A stretch of 64,000 nt of DNA from Eledone cirrhosa. Taxonomy: Eukaryota. Positions within the stretch are counted from its first letter, which is position 1. Each line of letters begins with the position of its first letter. Of the stretch, positions 14,737-28,251 are shown in pieces. The stretch is taken from NCBI GenBank assembly GCA_964016885.1, contig OZ024742.1, forward strand, positions 212,660,001-212,724,000, given 5' to 3'. The notes beneath the pieces were generated by a model that was not told where the DNA came from, did no database searches, and worked only from the letters and a program-made list of their open reading frames with translations. Position numbers and translations under genes: made by a program.

Positions 14737-15285
14737 AATATAATATCACAGTCTAAATATGGCGAGTTGGAAAAAAACTTCAGCCAGCTGAGATTATCTG
14801 CACAATTTCAAGACTGAAACTCCCATTTGGTGTGTTCAGATGATGGGAAACAAGCAAGGAAGAAAATTTCTATAGCTTGAGCTAGTCAAAGTCTTTTGAA
14901 ACAATTTAAGATAATGCAGTAGGAGTGGACCTTGGTTTTAAGCTAACTTGGTGAAAGAAACAGACATGTTTCCACCTTATTAAATTTCTTCAGGGAAACA
15001 TATTCAATCAGGAAGTTAGCTAGACTAGAATTGGTGGATATAGATATGAGAAAGGAGAAATAAATTATGTAATGATTGTGTGTCAACAGAGTGAAGATGT
15101 GAAAATGTCTGAATGGAGCTCTATATATTGTTGGGAAATTTTTAGTGAAATAAAAAAAAATCAAAAAAATCTGAATAGATGATTTTGTGATGGTTGGAGA
15201 ACTGGAAGTAATGCAATTTTAGTAATAATCCAAATATCTGAAATATTGTAGTATAATATGACAAAGAACAGTTTAGTGAATATAA

Positions 15286-15673
15286 AATAATTGTTTCTAC
15301 TTTTGGCACAAGGCCAGCAATTATCCCAGTGCATTACTGGTACTTTATTTTATCGACCCTGTAAGGATGAAAGGCAAAGTTAACCTCGGCAGGATTTGAA
15401 CTCGGATCAGAAAGGGGCGTAACTCTGTGCTGCAAAGCCTGTTGTCCGACCTTCTACCGATACTGCCAAACCACCAATAAAATAATTGTTTCTACTTTTT
15501 GGCACAAGGCCAGTAATTACCCAGTACATTACTGGTACTTTATTTTATCGACCCCGTAAGGATGAAAGGCAAAGTTAACCTCGACGGGATTTGAACTCAG
15601 AATGGCAAGGGCTGTAACTCTATGTGTCAAAGCATGGCGTTCGATGCCTCTACCGATACTGCCAATCCACCAA
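15286..15673 (-). mobile_element. Two tandem copies of tRNA-derived SINE family A
   Basis: Each ~190 bp with A box (TGGCAGTATCGGTAG), B box (GAGTTCAAATCC), core GCCTTTCATCCTTACGGGGTCGATAAAATAAAGTACCAG and ATT tail. Confidence 0.88.
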
Positions 15674-16739
15674 AAATAATGTATATCAAAAAGAAAACAC
15701 TTGCAGATAAAAGAGAAATAAAGAGAAATTAAAAAAAAAAAATCTAGTTTGAAGATTTTCTTCTAAAATTCCATTTTTCTCAAGGAGCTTTAGTTAGATG
15801 CCTGTCATTCACTGAAAGTAAGTGTTAAACTATGTATATGGGCTGTTTAGATTAAACTGCTTCTTTCAATAAAGCAAATTGCTTTAAGACTAAGTAAAAT
15901 GCAAGAATTATCTAACAGTTATATATCATAAATTAAGAAGACATAGCTAAAGCTTAAAATATACAATATAAAAACTTTGAATTTCATGAATAAATGGATT
16001 GCTTCAAGTGAAAAGCAAATCACATATGATGTACCGACATTTACGGTATGCATGAAAATACATATAATCACAAGTGTAATAGTTGAGTGGAGAAAGTATT
16101 ACATTCTTAGCTCTTGGTTTCATAACTGGCTAAAAGTATTACATCATTAATAAAGAAATTTGACTACATATGCACTCTACAAACAACTACTTTTACTTAG
16201 GTTAGTAATGATGAATGAGAATTCTTGCTCTTTGTTAACTAAGAATCTTTCTATCAACTTGTTCAGGCTTGTTATGGAGGAACACATGTCTGTCAACATA
16301 AAAATATGGAGATCAAAAATGATAAATTTGTAGATAGTCAATCATCTAGTCACACACATTCAATTCAGATTAAAGACAATACGCTCAGGTTTTTAATCAA
16401 AACTCATATAATATAGAACAAGTAGCTAGCTTAAATAGTTTATGAAAAGCAATAAAAATAAGTAACAAGGTAATATTAGAATATTACTATTGTAATGTCA
16501 TTTGCTACTGCTTAACAAAGTTAATTTGTAAATAATTAGCCAAACTAGAGTACACATATATGATACTTTTTGTTTAAAGTAATTACAAGATGCCCTTTCT
16601 ACACTGAAATGATAAATGATATATTTTTAACAACTGCTTGACTGAGATACTAAAACTTTTATGGAGTAATTAATCAGCCAATTTAGTAGATATCTGTAAC
16701 ATATTTAAACATGTCAACATAATTTTAGAGCAGCAATAA

Positions 16740-17493
16740 CAACAAAAGGCTTCTTTCTCAAAGTCAAGGGTAGATTATACGATGTGTATGTTCAAACTGC
16801 AATACTGCATGACAGTAAGGCATGGGCCTTGAGTGCATAAGATTTGTGATGGCTAAAAAGAAATGAGGCATGCATGTTATGATGGATGTGTAATGCCAGT
16901 GTGTATGAAGGACAGAAAACAAGAGACCTAAAAGAAAAGTTGAGTATTAGCAGAACTGAATGTAGCATACAAAAGAGACGATTGTGATGCATAAGGAAAG
17001 CAAGAGTTGTCTAAAAAAAATGCCAAGAGCTTGAAGTGGATGGAATGTGTAGAAAAGGGAGAGAGTAAAACATAGAACAAAGTTGTCAAGGATAATCTTA
17101 AGAACTGAACCGAAGGAGGTGACACAGGACTGAGTTGACTGGTGACATGCCATTCATTTAAAAGAAACAACCATAAGCACAAATGTGACACTAAAAGTAA
17201 AATGCACTCAGTATACTCTGGTACCATGATCTAATGCACCCAATACACCTTGTAAAGTGTTACTGTTGGTACCATGAGAAAATGCACCCAGTCAACTCTG
17301 TAAAGTGGTAGTACTGGTGTCAGGAAAAATGTGCCCAGTTCACACAGCTTGGCATTAGGAAGGGCATTCAGCTGTAAAGTCTGTGCCAAATATAGAATGC
17401 AATGAGCAAGATGGGTTGTTCTGACTTATCTGGTCAGACTGTAACAGCCAGTCTAACTAATGGCAATTTGTAAAATGATGATGATGATGATGA
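16740..17493 (+). mobile_element. Old RTE LINE 3' fragment with 3' UTR and (GAT)n tail
   Basis: Reads GFFLKVKGRLYDVYVQTAILHDSKAWAL, similar to the 22708 ORF; ends in (GAT)n. Confidence 0.75.
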
Positions 17494-17850
17494 TATATAT
17501 ACATATCATCATCATTTAACATCGTTTTCCTACCAGCAAGAATTGGATGGGTTGTCATAGACAAAATCAGTTCTTAATTAGAGATACTGACATCTCAGGT
17601 GGACTGGGGGTTACATTCGTTCTAGCACTCTTTCTTTACAGAGTGACCTGAGTGCATTTTTATTGCACCAATATTAGGGAAGTTGTCATGACTCCGACGC
17701 AAATGAAAAACCCACTTAATGCTTTGTTTAGCAAATTTTCTATGGCTTGGTGCCCTTCATATCACCAACTTCTTTACAGAATGCACTGGGTGTGTTTTAT
17801 TGTGTTACCAACACTTAATGCAACAGAAAAGACTTCTTAATCCTTTGTTA

Positions 17851-18339
17851 CATCATCATCATCAATGTTTAACGTCCGTGTTCCACGCTTGCATGGGTTT
17901 GGACGGGGGTTTTCCCACTTGAGGCAAGAGTGATTGTCTTGCTCGCATAGGACTGTCTGGCGGGTTTTCTACAGCTGGATGCCCTTCCTAACACCAACCA
18001 CATTTACAGTGTGGGGCTGGGAGGTTTTTACTGTGTTGCCTACACGGCCACATTACAGCGTGGACTGTGTGTTTTTTTGTCGTGACACCTACACGATCTC
18101 ATTTGTTTTGGCCTGGATGTTGTGGCACCAACATAACTTTACATTGAAAGGGGCGGTGTGGATGGGGTGGGGGTGGTGGGATGGGGGTGTATTTTGTTAG
18201 AGGTGCCTACTGACTGTAGTAGGTTTTACTTTGTATTTAGGTAAGGCGGGTCTTCTCTATTACTGAGTACCGCCAAAGGTCTCGGTCCAGTGACATTGTC
18301 TTGGAGAGGTGTAAGTGTGTGAGGTCGGAATTTATCAGT
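17851..18339 (-). mobile_element. 5'-truncated RTE LINE 3' end (long-3'-UTR family)
   Basis: Reverse complement of about 23070-23785; near-identical to 33371-33865. Confidence 0.85.
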
Positions 18340-18822
18340 TACATATATATAATTTTATTTCATGTAAAAGTAACTTCTACAGGACTAGTACAGCTTCATT
18401 CACACATACACTTGCCAGGATATTAAATGGATTTAAAACACAATGCAGTGGGATGAAACCTAGGACCATGTGATTGCAAAGCAAACGTTTTAGCCACTTG
18501 GCCATTCCTCTGTGGGTGTATGTGTATATACAACATTCTTAAAGAGGAAAATAGATAGAAGAGTGGCTTGCACCTCTTTACTCAAGTAGCAACTAAAGAA
18601 AGAATAACTTTATAGTCTACTTATGATGACACCAATATTTTTAGTTTTTCATGTGTGTGTGTATATATATGAATACAACACACACACAAACATCATTTTA
18701 ATAATAACATGAACTGGACAGGTCTAGTTCACAACAAGCCACCACTTGTCTTGATCTTTTGTTCTGAAGCCCAGCATCCTGAGATCTGACTATATGTTTG
18801 CATAGTTATATATAAATATATA

Positions 18823-19033
18823 CAGGGTGTTTCAAAATATTTGATATCATTGGCCTGTTCACAAGGTTGTCACATTAAAATATATATTGTGAATTAGCGT
18901 TATAATGTTGATAAATTTTGGGGAATCAATCTTATGTTACTCAACGTTAAGCCTGTTCAGTCTCGTTGCCCTAGACTTGGTAATATCTGGGATATTTACA
19001 TCTCAAATTATATCAAATTTTTAAAACACCCTG
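18823..19033. mobile_element. Tc1/mariner-type MITE
   Basis: TA TSD on both sides; ~24-bp TIRs CAGGGTGTTTCAAAATATTTGATAT / ATATCAAATTTTTAAAACACCCTG. Confidence 0.85.
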
Positions 19034-19404
19034 TACATGTAGTTTCTAGTTTTTCTCTTAACAGAAAAACTAATGGTCTTTTGAAAATAACAGATAAAAG
19101 CAAGTAAAATTGAGTGTCTTGTCCAGAGTGTGAACAAAAATATTGCAGTAGGATATGATTCCATGTATCAATAGTTTAGAGCATATTTTATCAGCTCAGC
19201 CATTTGTCTCTTAAACACAGACAGTGCTTAGGGACATAATGCAACCTCTAAATAGAAAAGTGAAATGTGTAGAAATATTTTGTTTATATAAATAAAGAAA
19301 AAATGCAAAATTTTCCTTTCACAGCTTCAATTTCTTCTTTCTATTATAATTGTTTCTACATCAAGCTAGTTCTAAATATTTCTAGAGAGCGGGTTTCAAA
19401 ATGT

Positions 19405-19558
19405 CCTTTTCTTTGCCCATTTATTCTTGAGAGGGCCCTATCAGAAGCAACTATCACCAAATGATCTGAATGGATCCCAAGTGAAACCAACCGAGTTTAT
19501 AGATGTTATCCAACCATCTTGTCTGTAAAATTTGTCCTGTGATTCTTTCCATACACTT
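19405..19558 (-). mobile_element. Rex3-like RTE 3' end; left half of a copy split by the 19560-23785 insertion
   Basis: Aligns to about 63255-63475; the alignment resumes at 23786. Confidence 0.7.
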
Positions 19559-19559
19559 T

Positions 19560-22500
19560 GCTCCTTCTCTCATACCCCCCCCCCCCTCCCCGCCTGATCG
19601 CAAGTATAAAATAAATCTTGCTGGTTCCCAAGGACAAAATTTATCTATCTAATCTATCTTACGGGCGATCTGTTGATTTTGAGAATGTAAGCAATACTTG
19701 TCTTTTCTTTTATCCGTAGTCTTCTCAATAAGCAGTGTTTTAAACTCTTATTTATGCCAGTCTAAAATTCAAATTCTCCGTTTTCCTCTCTGATTTCAAT
19801 TATTATTTTACATGTTTTTAATATGTCTCAATCTGTTATACCCTTCCTAAAAACTAACCTTCTCCTAAAATTACCCATTTCCCGCCCGCCCCCACTCACC
19901 ACCATTGCTATATGGTCCAATCATAACTCAGCGGCTTTAGTAAGTTCCCTAATAAATCAGTATAGCAAAGCTACCACCTTGGTTACTACTCCTTAAGTTT
20001 AGACCTGTTTGATGGGTTGACTGCGGAACTTTAAAAAGTCTAAGCACTCAATGACAATGTCACAGATAAAGATAAATTCACCTTCCGCTGCAAGACGAGA
20101 ATACAGGGACCCCTCTTTATTTCAGACACGGATGACCAACAAAATTCCGTCTCCTACAGCCTTCCTGCCCCTCCAACCCATCCATCCCACCCTCCCAACT
20201 TCAGAGTTGGTACCATGAACGTAGGCACATTGAAAGGTCGCTCAAATGAGGTTGTAGAGATGCTTGAACGTAAAGAAGTTGATGTTTGTTGTATTCAAGA
20301 GACTAGGTGGAGAGGGGGGGTCTGCCAGATTCATCGTGGGTAAAAAACAATGCTATAAACTTTTCTGGGTGGGATATGACAATGGACAGGGTGGTGTAGG
20401 AATTATGTTAGCTGAAAAATGGGTAGATAAGGTAATTGACGTAAATAGAGTAAATGACAGAATAATTAAATTAAGACTAGTTCTAAATAGAACTACTGTG
20501 ACAATAATATCCGCTTATGCACCCCAATCTGGTCTACCTGACGTTATAAAGGACAGGTTCTATTAGATGCTAATGCATACTACCTCCCAAATAACCGACA
20601 GCGACTACTTAATTATTGCTGGCGATCTAAATGGTCACGTTGGACAACATAGTGATGGCTATGATGGAATCCATGGAGGCTATGGGGTTGGAAATAGAAA
20701 TGAAGAGGGCTTCAGAATCCTGGAATTCTGTGATGCAAATAGCCTAATTATCTGTAACACAAACTTCAAAAAATGTGAAAACCACTTGATCACCTATAGA
20801 TCAGGGGAACATGCCAGCTAGATAGATTATATCCTTACTAGAAGACGGGACAAAGTGTCTGTTGTAAACACTAAATCCCTCCCCCGTGAAGAATGCACCT
20901 CCCAACATAGCCTAGTAGTTAGTGACCTCATAGTCAGGAATAGACGTACTCGACGACAGAAGAGGCCTACCTTGAGGAGAAGAATATGGAAGTTGAAGGA
21001 CCCCATAGCCAGTGACAAATTTAAAAGCTTATTACTTGATGCCTTTAACAATAAGGAAGAGCAATTAGAGATGTGCGATATAGAGGAACAGTGGCAATTC
21101 TTGAAAGTGAACCTGCTGAAAGCAACGGATGAAGTCTGTGGCTGGAGCAGACCTATTGGCAGGAGGAGAGTAACTTGGTGGTGGAACAGTAAGGTGGAAG
21201 AGACAACCAAGGCCAAAAAGCAGGCTTGGAAAGTATGGCAGGATGGGGGAAGTAGAGAGCACTATCAAGTGGCCAGGAGAGAAGCTAGGAGACAAGTGTA
21301 CCTTGCAAAAAGGGTAGCAGAGGATAGAAAGTTCAAGCATGTTCTACAACATGAGGACCAAAAACGTGAGATATTTAGGATTGCTAGACAATGTGTCAAG
21401 GAAAACTGTGATATTGTCGGGGAGAAGTGTGTCCGTAATGATGATGGTGTACTTGCGCTCACTGATACTGATAAGAAGATAGCCTGGAAGTGTCACTATG
21501 AGAGACTATTAAATGAGAAGAATAAATGGGAAAAAGATAGTCTGCCCCAAATTTATCCAATAGAAGGACCAGCAGTGCAAGTTAAAGGTAGTATAATAAG
21601 TAAGGCAAGGCAGCTGGGCCTTCGAGATAGTTGCTGAGATGTTGAAGGCATCTGGCATGGTGGGACACACTACGGTCACCCGTATAGTTAACCAAGTAAT
21701 ACAGAATGGGGTCATACCGAAAGACTGGTGTAGCAGCATCATCATTAACTGCTATAAGGGTAAAGGGATGCTCTAGAGGCATTAAGTTAGTTTACCAGGT
21801 CATGAAGGTCACAGAAAGAGTTATAGCGCAACTAATCAGAGAGCGAATTGATCTAGATGAAATGCAGTTCGGGTTTGTGTCAGGTAAAAGTACCACAGAC
21901 GCTCTTTTCCTTGTACGACAACTACAGGAGAAGTACCTAGCTAAAAGTAAACCCCTCTACTTAGCTTTTGTAAACCTGGAGAAAGCCTTTGACAGAGTCC
22001 CCCGCTCCATTATCTGGTGGGCTCTTAGAAAACTAGGTGTAGATGAATGGCTTGTGAGAGCTATACAAGCTATGTATAATGAAACAGTCAGTAAGGTTAG
22101 AATTAACAATGAATATTGTGAAGAATTTAGTGTAAAAGTTGGCGTTCATCAAGGCTCTGTCCTTAGCCCCCTCCTATTTATTATTGCCCTTCAGGCTATA
22201 ACAGAGGAGTTCAAGACCGGCTGCCCATGGGAACTCCTATACCCAGATGATCTAACGCTCATAGCTGAATCAATGGCTGAACTAGAGGAGAAATTCGAAA
22301 CATGGAAGCATGGCCTAGAATCAAAAGGCCTGAAAGTTAACTTGTCTAAGACTAAAGTTCTAGTCTGTAGAAAGGAAAATAAGGCACAAGTGCCCTCTGG
22401 GAAATGGCCATGCTCAGTGTGTAGGAAAGGAGTAGGCAGAAATTCCATTTTATGTCCCTAATGCAAAGTATGGGTCCATAAAAGATGTAGTGGGATCACA

Positions 22501-23785
22501 GGTAAACTATCTAAGAACGTAGACTTTATATGTGGCCGATGCTCAGGTGCAATAAGTAGCAAGTGTCCACAGGATACTAGCTCCTTCTATTGCTCAGATG
22601 GTTCTATAGAAATAGTAGACACTTTCTGTTACCTGGGTTACGAAATCAGCAGTGGAGGAGGGTGTTCTGAAAGTACAGTAGCCAGAGTCAGAACGGGATG
22701 GAAAAAGTTGGCCACAAAAGGTTTCTCTCTAAAAATGAAAGGCAGATTGTATGATGCTTGTATACGAACAGCAATGCTACATGGCAGTGAGACATGGGCA
22801 TTACGTGCAGAGGACCTGCGCAGACTGGAAAGGAACGAAGCACACATGCTCCGTTGGATGTGTAATAGTATTATACGTGAACGGCAAAGCATAAATGAAC
22901 TAAGTGAGAAATTAAGAATAAGAGGGATCAGATTCTGTTTACTTGAGAGAAGACTACGTTGTTATGGCCACGTGATGCGCATGAAAGATGACAGCTGTAT
23001 AAAAAAGTGCAGGACTATCAAAATTGATGGTAGTTATGGAGTAGGTAGACCCAGAAAAACCTGGGATGATCTGATAAATTCCTACCTTGCACACTTGCAC
23101 CTCTCTAAGACAATGTCACTGGACCGAGATCTTTGGCGCTACGCAGTAATACAGAAGACCCGCCTTGCCTATGTACAAAGAGAAACCTTCAGTCAGTAGG
23201 CACCTCTTAACCAAATATACACCACAATCCACTACCCCTACTCTATCCTCCCACTCCCACCAACCTCTCTCTGTAAAGTTGGTACCACAACATCCAGTCC
23301 AAATAAATGAGATAATTGTTTCTACTTTTTGGCACAAGGCCAGCAATTATTCCAGTGTATTACTGGTACTTTATTTTATCGACCCCGTAAGGATGAAAGG
23401 CAAAGTTAACCTCGGCGGGATTTGAACTCAGTCCGCAAAGGGACATAACTGTGCTATAAAGCATGGCGTCTGACCCTCTACCGATACTGCCAATCCACTG
23501 CCCAAATAAATGAGATAAAGAGATTGAGATTGTGTAGGTGTCACGACAAAAAACACAGTCCACGCTGTAATGTGGCCGTGTAGGTAACACGGTAAAAAGT
23601 TCCCAGTTCCACACTGTAAATGTGGTTGGTGTTAGGAAGGGCAACCAGCCATAGAAAACCTGCCAGATAGTCCTATATGAGCGAGGCACGGTCACCCGAC
23701 GAACCTTGACTCAAATTGGGACAACTCCCGTCTAACCTATGCTGGCATGGAAAATGGACGTTAAACGATGATGATGATGATGATG
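19560..23785 (+). mobile_element. Near full-length decayed RTE-clade LINE (APE endonuclease, RT, PHD-like finger, long 3' UTR, (GAT)n tail)
   Basis: ORF fragments RVGTMNVGTL, SAYAPQ, AGDLNGHVG, LEKAFDRVP, QGSVLSPLLF, LYPDD, CSVC..C..C..WVHKRC..CGRC, GRPRKTW; several stops and frameshifts. Confidence 0.93.
23313..23501 (-). mobile_element. SINE family A inserted in the RTE 3' UTR
   Basis: 17-bp TSD CCAAATAAATGAGATAA at 23299-23315 and 23502-23518. Confidence 0.9.
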
Positions 23786-24200
23786 ATATCTATAGTATTG
23801 AAGCTGTGATTTCTTGGTGTGACTCCTTGATTTCCAAGTTATACATCCTATCAAGTAACATTACTTAAAAGACCCTTCAGAAGAACCCTATTTTCAGCTG
23901 CTTGTATTCACAATTGTCTTTGTTTGGTTATTATCCAAGATTCATGACTATAGATAAGGGTGGGCAATTCTTGCATTTAATTCAGCCTCCTGCCTTCCAT
24001 CACTTGTGAAAACACCCCAAGAAATGTGAACTTCTCTGCCACTAACAAGCAGAGCGCAGAGTAGGCTCTCTTGAGGGGGTGAATGTCTGTTTTCACAGTG
24101 CTGATTTTCATTCCTGCCTTGTAGCACTTAGTAGCACACCTATCCAGTGCATGTTGGAGATCACCTTCTGATGAGTTGAGTATACTTTGCTGATCTCCTA
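23786..24200 (-). mobile_element. Rex3-like RTE, right half of the split copy
   Basis: Colinear with 63480-63820 (TTTCAGCTGCTTGTATT, TTCATGACTATAG). Confidence 0.7.
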
Positions 24201-25289
24201 AATCCAGTTACAATTTCTTCTGATGTACATAAGGTGCATTTAAGGGTGAAGACTAACCTCTCAAAGGCTGAGGTAACCAGAGCAATTAAAGTGTTCAAAT
24301 GAGGCAAGTCGTCTGAGAAGGATATATGTTCCAATCAAGTACTGGAGTTGGTTTAATCAACAGTTCAATTCCTACAAGCTTGTGGCCTCGTGTCTAATTT
24401 GGAAACCATTATTTAAGCAGTCCCTATTTTTCTATTACTTTTTGAATATATGGTAAAGTCATTTTGAAGTAGCTTCAGTCAGAAGCAAAGCAAAAGATGA
24501 TCATGTGAAAACACTGCTACAAAATGAAATCAGGTGATATGGATAATACTAATCAATACAAATAGCAGTAGTAGCAACATATATTTATTCATAAATTTGA
24601 TCTCTATAAATACTCTAACAAGACTGAAAATGTTTAAAACTAGTTAAGATTTAGAATAAAGTGGAAATGTGCAATGGTGAAAGAAAGCTATACGTAAATT
24701 GGCTTATTTAATAAAAGACTTTGACTACAAAACCGCTTGGTGTGGAGTTTTTTAGTGATTAAAGTGTAGCTTTAGTGTTATGGTGTGAAGAAGAGATAAT
24801 TTTCAGTCATCCACTTAGCCATCCTATCTCTCATTACAATAGTGGTTAGCATAGTTCTTATAAATTATAACGTGCGGCAATTACAACTGAATGCCAATCC
24901 TACTGTTTCACTTAATTGAGAAACATTGAATGAATGAACACATTTTAAAATACTTAAGTGATAATGTATGTGTTTTAGAGAGAGAGGCTGTATGATGGAA
25001 ATATGAGAAAGAGTACAGACACACCACTACCTCAATGATATGGGGCTCAGATGGTGTGGAGGAACCCTCTCTGGTGTGTTAAACCGCAGGTGCAAGCCAC
25101 CTCGTGTTCCCAGAGGAGAGAATGGAGAAAGCATTGTCTCAGAAGATAGTGAGGGAGATACCTTGAAATAGCCATTCCAACTCACAGGGGTTCCCTCATG
25201 TTCATCTCCATTCGGAAAAGGTGGTCTGAGGGTCAAGAACACTGAAAGTTTCCACCACTACAGGTTTAACGACAAACCTATTGTTGTTG

Positions 25290-26420
25290 TGGCCAATACT
25301 TTATCAACTTGCAATCTTCAGCTTGTTGGAGCCTGGGTCTATCACAGAATGTACCAGGTAGCTGCTAGAAAAAGTATCAGTGCATGTTGTGTCCCAGATG
25401 AGGAGTTTACCACTGCGGAATGAGAAAATGGTGATGCTATCTAGCTTTTTACTGTCTCTTTGGTCCAACCCCATCAGCTTGAGCTGCAAAGGGAAGCCCA
25501 CAGCATCCAAATATGCTTAATGATCTTGTTGAGATTGGCAAAGTGTGGGAAGTGACCAGCACTGTAATGGCATGACAATGAGTGAGGGCTGAAAGTGTCC
25601 ACTGTGGATCCACAGAGGTGTTTGAGTGGCTTGCGGATCTGGAGGTTGAGCCTTATGGAAAGACTTATGTGCAAATAGTTGCTGTCCAGCTGAGTACCAG
25701 TGGATAGTGAGGGTGCAACATTAAGCCAGGCACTGCCGTGGGATTGGTAGGCAGAGGAAAAACATGCCAAATGGTACTGGACAAGCAGGTTCCCAAGGCT
25801 GTCTGAAGCCTTGTTGTGGTGGATTGCGGCTCATTTGCAGGGGCTTTTTTTGAGGGGGGTAGTGGATGTCCACAGAGAGGAGGGTAGATTGGAAGTTTGT
25901 AGAGTGGAGGCCAAACTGGTTCTAGGTCCCATGGGCCACCCCATGTTCCCTGATCACAGTATGTTCTGGAGAACCTTGTTGATGAGGGCATGAGAGGAGG
26001 TCACTGATGAAAGAAATTTCAGCAATGCTAATGAGACTGAGGCCACCATATCTGATGGGTAAGTTGGCCCATTGCCATTAAATTATATGTTGCATATCTC
26101 CTCAGCACTGTGCCAGATGCAAGTATTGAGATCTGTGAGGAGGAGAGATGTGTGGTTCTAGCATGGAGCACTGTAGAAGGTATATAAAAGCTTGGGGATG
26201 GTAAAGCAGTTCCTCTACAAGAAGGCTGGATGTGCCTTGATCAGGTTCAGTTTGCTCATGTGTTTTGAGCTGGTGAAACTTGGACATGAAGGTTGATCAT
26301 ATGATAGGAGGGGAGAATCGGTGAACCAAAGATGAGAACATCTTTCTTCAGGGTCACTGCACCTGGTGGAGTATTGATCGCATGTCTGAAATAGACCCCA
26401 CAAGGAACTGAGATACCAGA
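25290..26420 (-). mobile_element. Degenerate CRE-clade non-LTR retrotransposon (post-RT region, CCHC zinc motif, restriction-like endonuclease)
   Basis: HGSAWLNVAPSLSTGTQLDSNYLHISLSIRL..CGSTVD..HSLSC..SAGHFPHFANLNKIIK and GLDQRDSKKLDSITIFSFRSGKLLIWDTTCTDT match the recalled CRE pattern GAWL..P..LG..L..RLG..CG..H.LSC..RH..LN..DGKRPDG.T..W..GK...WD.TC.DT. Confidence 0.8.
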
Positions 26421-27459
26421 TTTGAACCTGTGGTCTACAAACAAATTCAGGAAAATAGAGAGCTATATGTATTGCCAATGGACATAACTGAATGGCTGTA
26501 GTAAGGTTTGGATTAACTCATGAGGTCAGTAAACTATTACTTTAGTCTTATAGCTACTGTCATGATACTGAATATATCCCAAACTATCAGCAATAAGTGG
26601 GTTATCAACTGGTTAATTTACTAAATTTATTAACATAAACAAACAAATCAAATAATCACTGAAGACTCAATAACTGTATTAAAAAAATTCAAATGAACAT
26701 TCCAATAATTGAGATTAAAGCAATAAAAAACTACAAAATGCTCAGTATTACTGAAAAAGAGAGTGAGATACATCTATAACTGCCATTGAATATATTAAGT
26801 AAGCATGATGTCACCTAACTTCTACCATCTAGTTTATTTTCTATATATACTCATATCTACAGTGATACAGTTATGTAATAACATTCTATTATTTTGTTGT
26901 TGGTGGTGCCACAATAGCAGTTCAATGTTGCAATATAGTTCCATGCCGGATACACTGTTACATTGGAATTACATTATAACATTAATTTGATCATTGCTTT
27001 GACTTATGCTATATCCTTAGCTGAAGCATAAGGGAGGCTCCATATAGAAACATCATTCAAATTTCCAGCAAATTGTACTGTACTACTTAAAAAAGGAAGG
27101 ACATAAGCTATTCTAATTAATGCCCCCGAAAAAAAGATAGGATGGTAAAGGCTGGAATATCTTTGATTCAGGATTGACCTAAGGTTCAACAGCAACAATA
27201 AAATTAAGTAATTCTCTCCGTCTTCATTTGGCTGCAGTTAGGACTCAGATAAAAAAAAAAAAAAAAAAAAAACTATTTGTTTTCTTTTTCCTAAGTCTAC
27301 TGGAAAATGCAGAAGACTGTAAGAAATGCCACCCAACTAGAGAGATGCTTACCAACGACAATTGTCGATTTAATGCATTCTTCTTGGTATGTGGGATATT
27401 CAAATAACATCAAATTACTGTTATTATATAACAATTTGACAATATATATTAAGAGTAAA

Positions 27460-28251
27460 CTAGCCGAATTACTCACGCCTTGCTGTGTTTCACACATTTT
27501 TTTTGTAAGAAAATGATTGATTTTAAATCAGTGATATAATTTATGGAGAAAAACTCTGCATTTCAATATTACTCAATGTAAAATGTAATGCATGAAAATA
27601 TATTTCATACTTTGTCCTAATGAAGAACTTCAGGGTAAACAACATTTCTTGTCTTTCTTTGATTGGCTAAAATGTAGAGTTTTTGAAGTTCCAGTCCTTG
27701 ACTGAAAAATGGGTTTGTCAGATCTATACCAATAGTTTTGAAAGTTTGACCTTGACTCTTATTGATGTTCATGGCAAAGCATGGTCTCACTGGGAACTAC
27801 AGCCTCTTAAATGTAAAAGGCAACTCGCTATCACTTGGTATAAGTGGAATCCTCGGAATGAGAAGAGCTTGACCTTTGTAAGCCCCGAATATAATGGTTG
27901 CTTCAATCAAGTTCTCATGCAATCTTGTTACAACACATCTTGTTCCACTTGTTGGCCGAAATTTTCACTATAGGGTGTCTTAATATTATTGAAATTTGCT
28001 GAAATTTTGTGAATAGGCATCATATCTTGTCATTTACCTATGGTTTCAACTTCATATAAATCAAAGGGAAAATATTTTCAGCGGGGGTTTGTGCCCCCGG
28101 GAACCCTTTGATTAAGATGAAATATACTTATCCAAGTACCCTGGGCAATGTATTTTCAGAATATATATGGTTATGGGGGTCTATCTCCAAAACCATAGGA
28201 GTTCGTGAACAAAAAAAACAAAGACAGGAACTACAACTTTATACATATAGA
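27460..28251 (-). mobile_element. Non-autonomous Helitron carrying a PIF1-like helicase C-terminal remnant
   Basis: Minus strand: 5' TCTATATGTATAAA, 3' imperfect hairpin then CTAG, inserted between A and T with no TSD. About 27690-27945 reads GTRCVVTRLHENLIEATIIFGAYKGQALLIPRIPLIPSDSELPFTFKRL*FPVRPCFAMNINKSQGQTFKTIGIDLTNPFFSQG. Confidence 0.9.
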
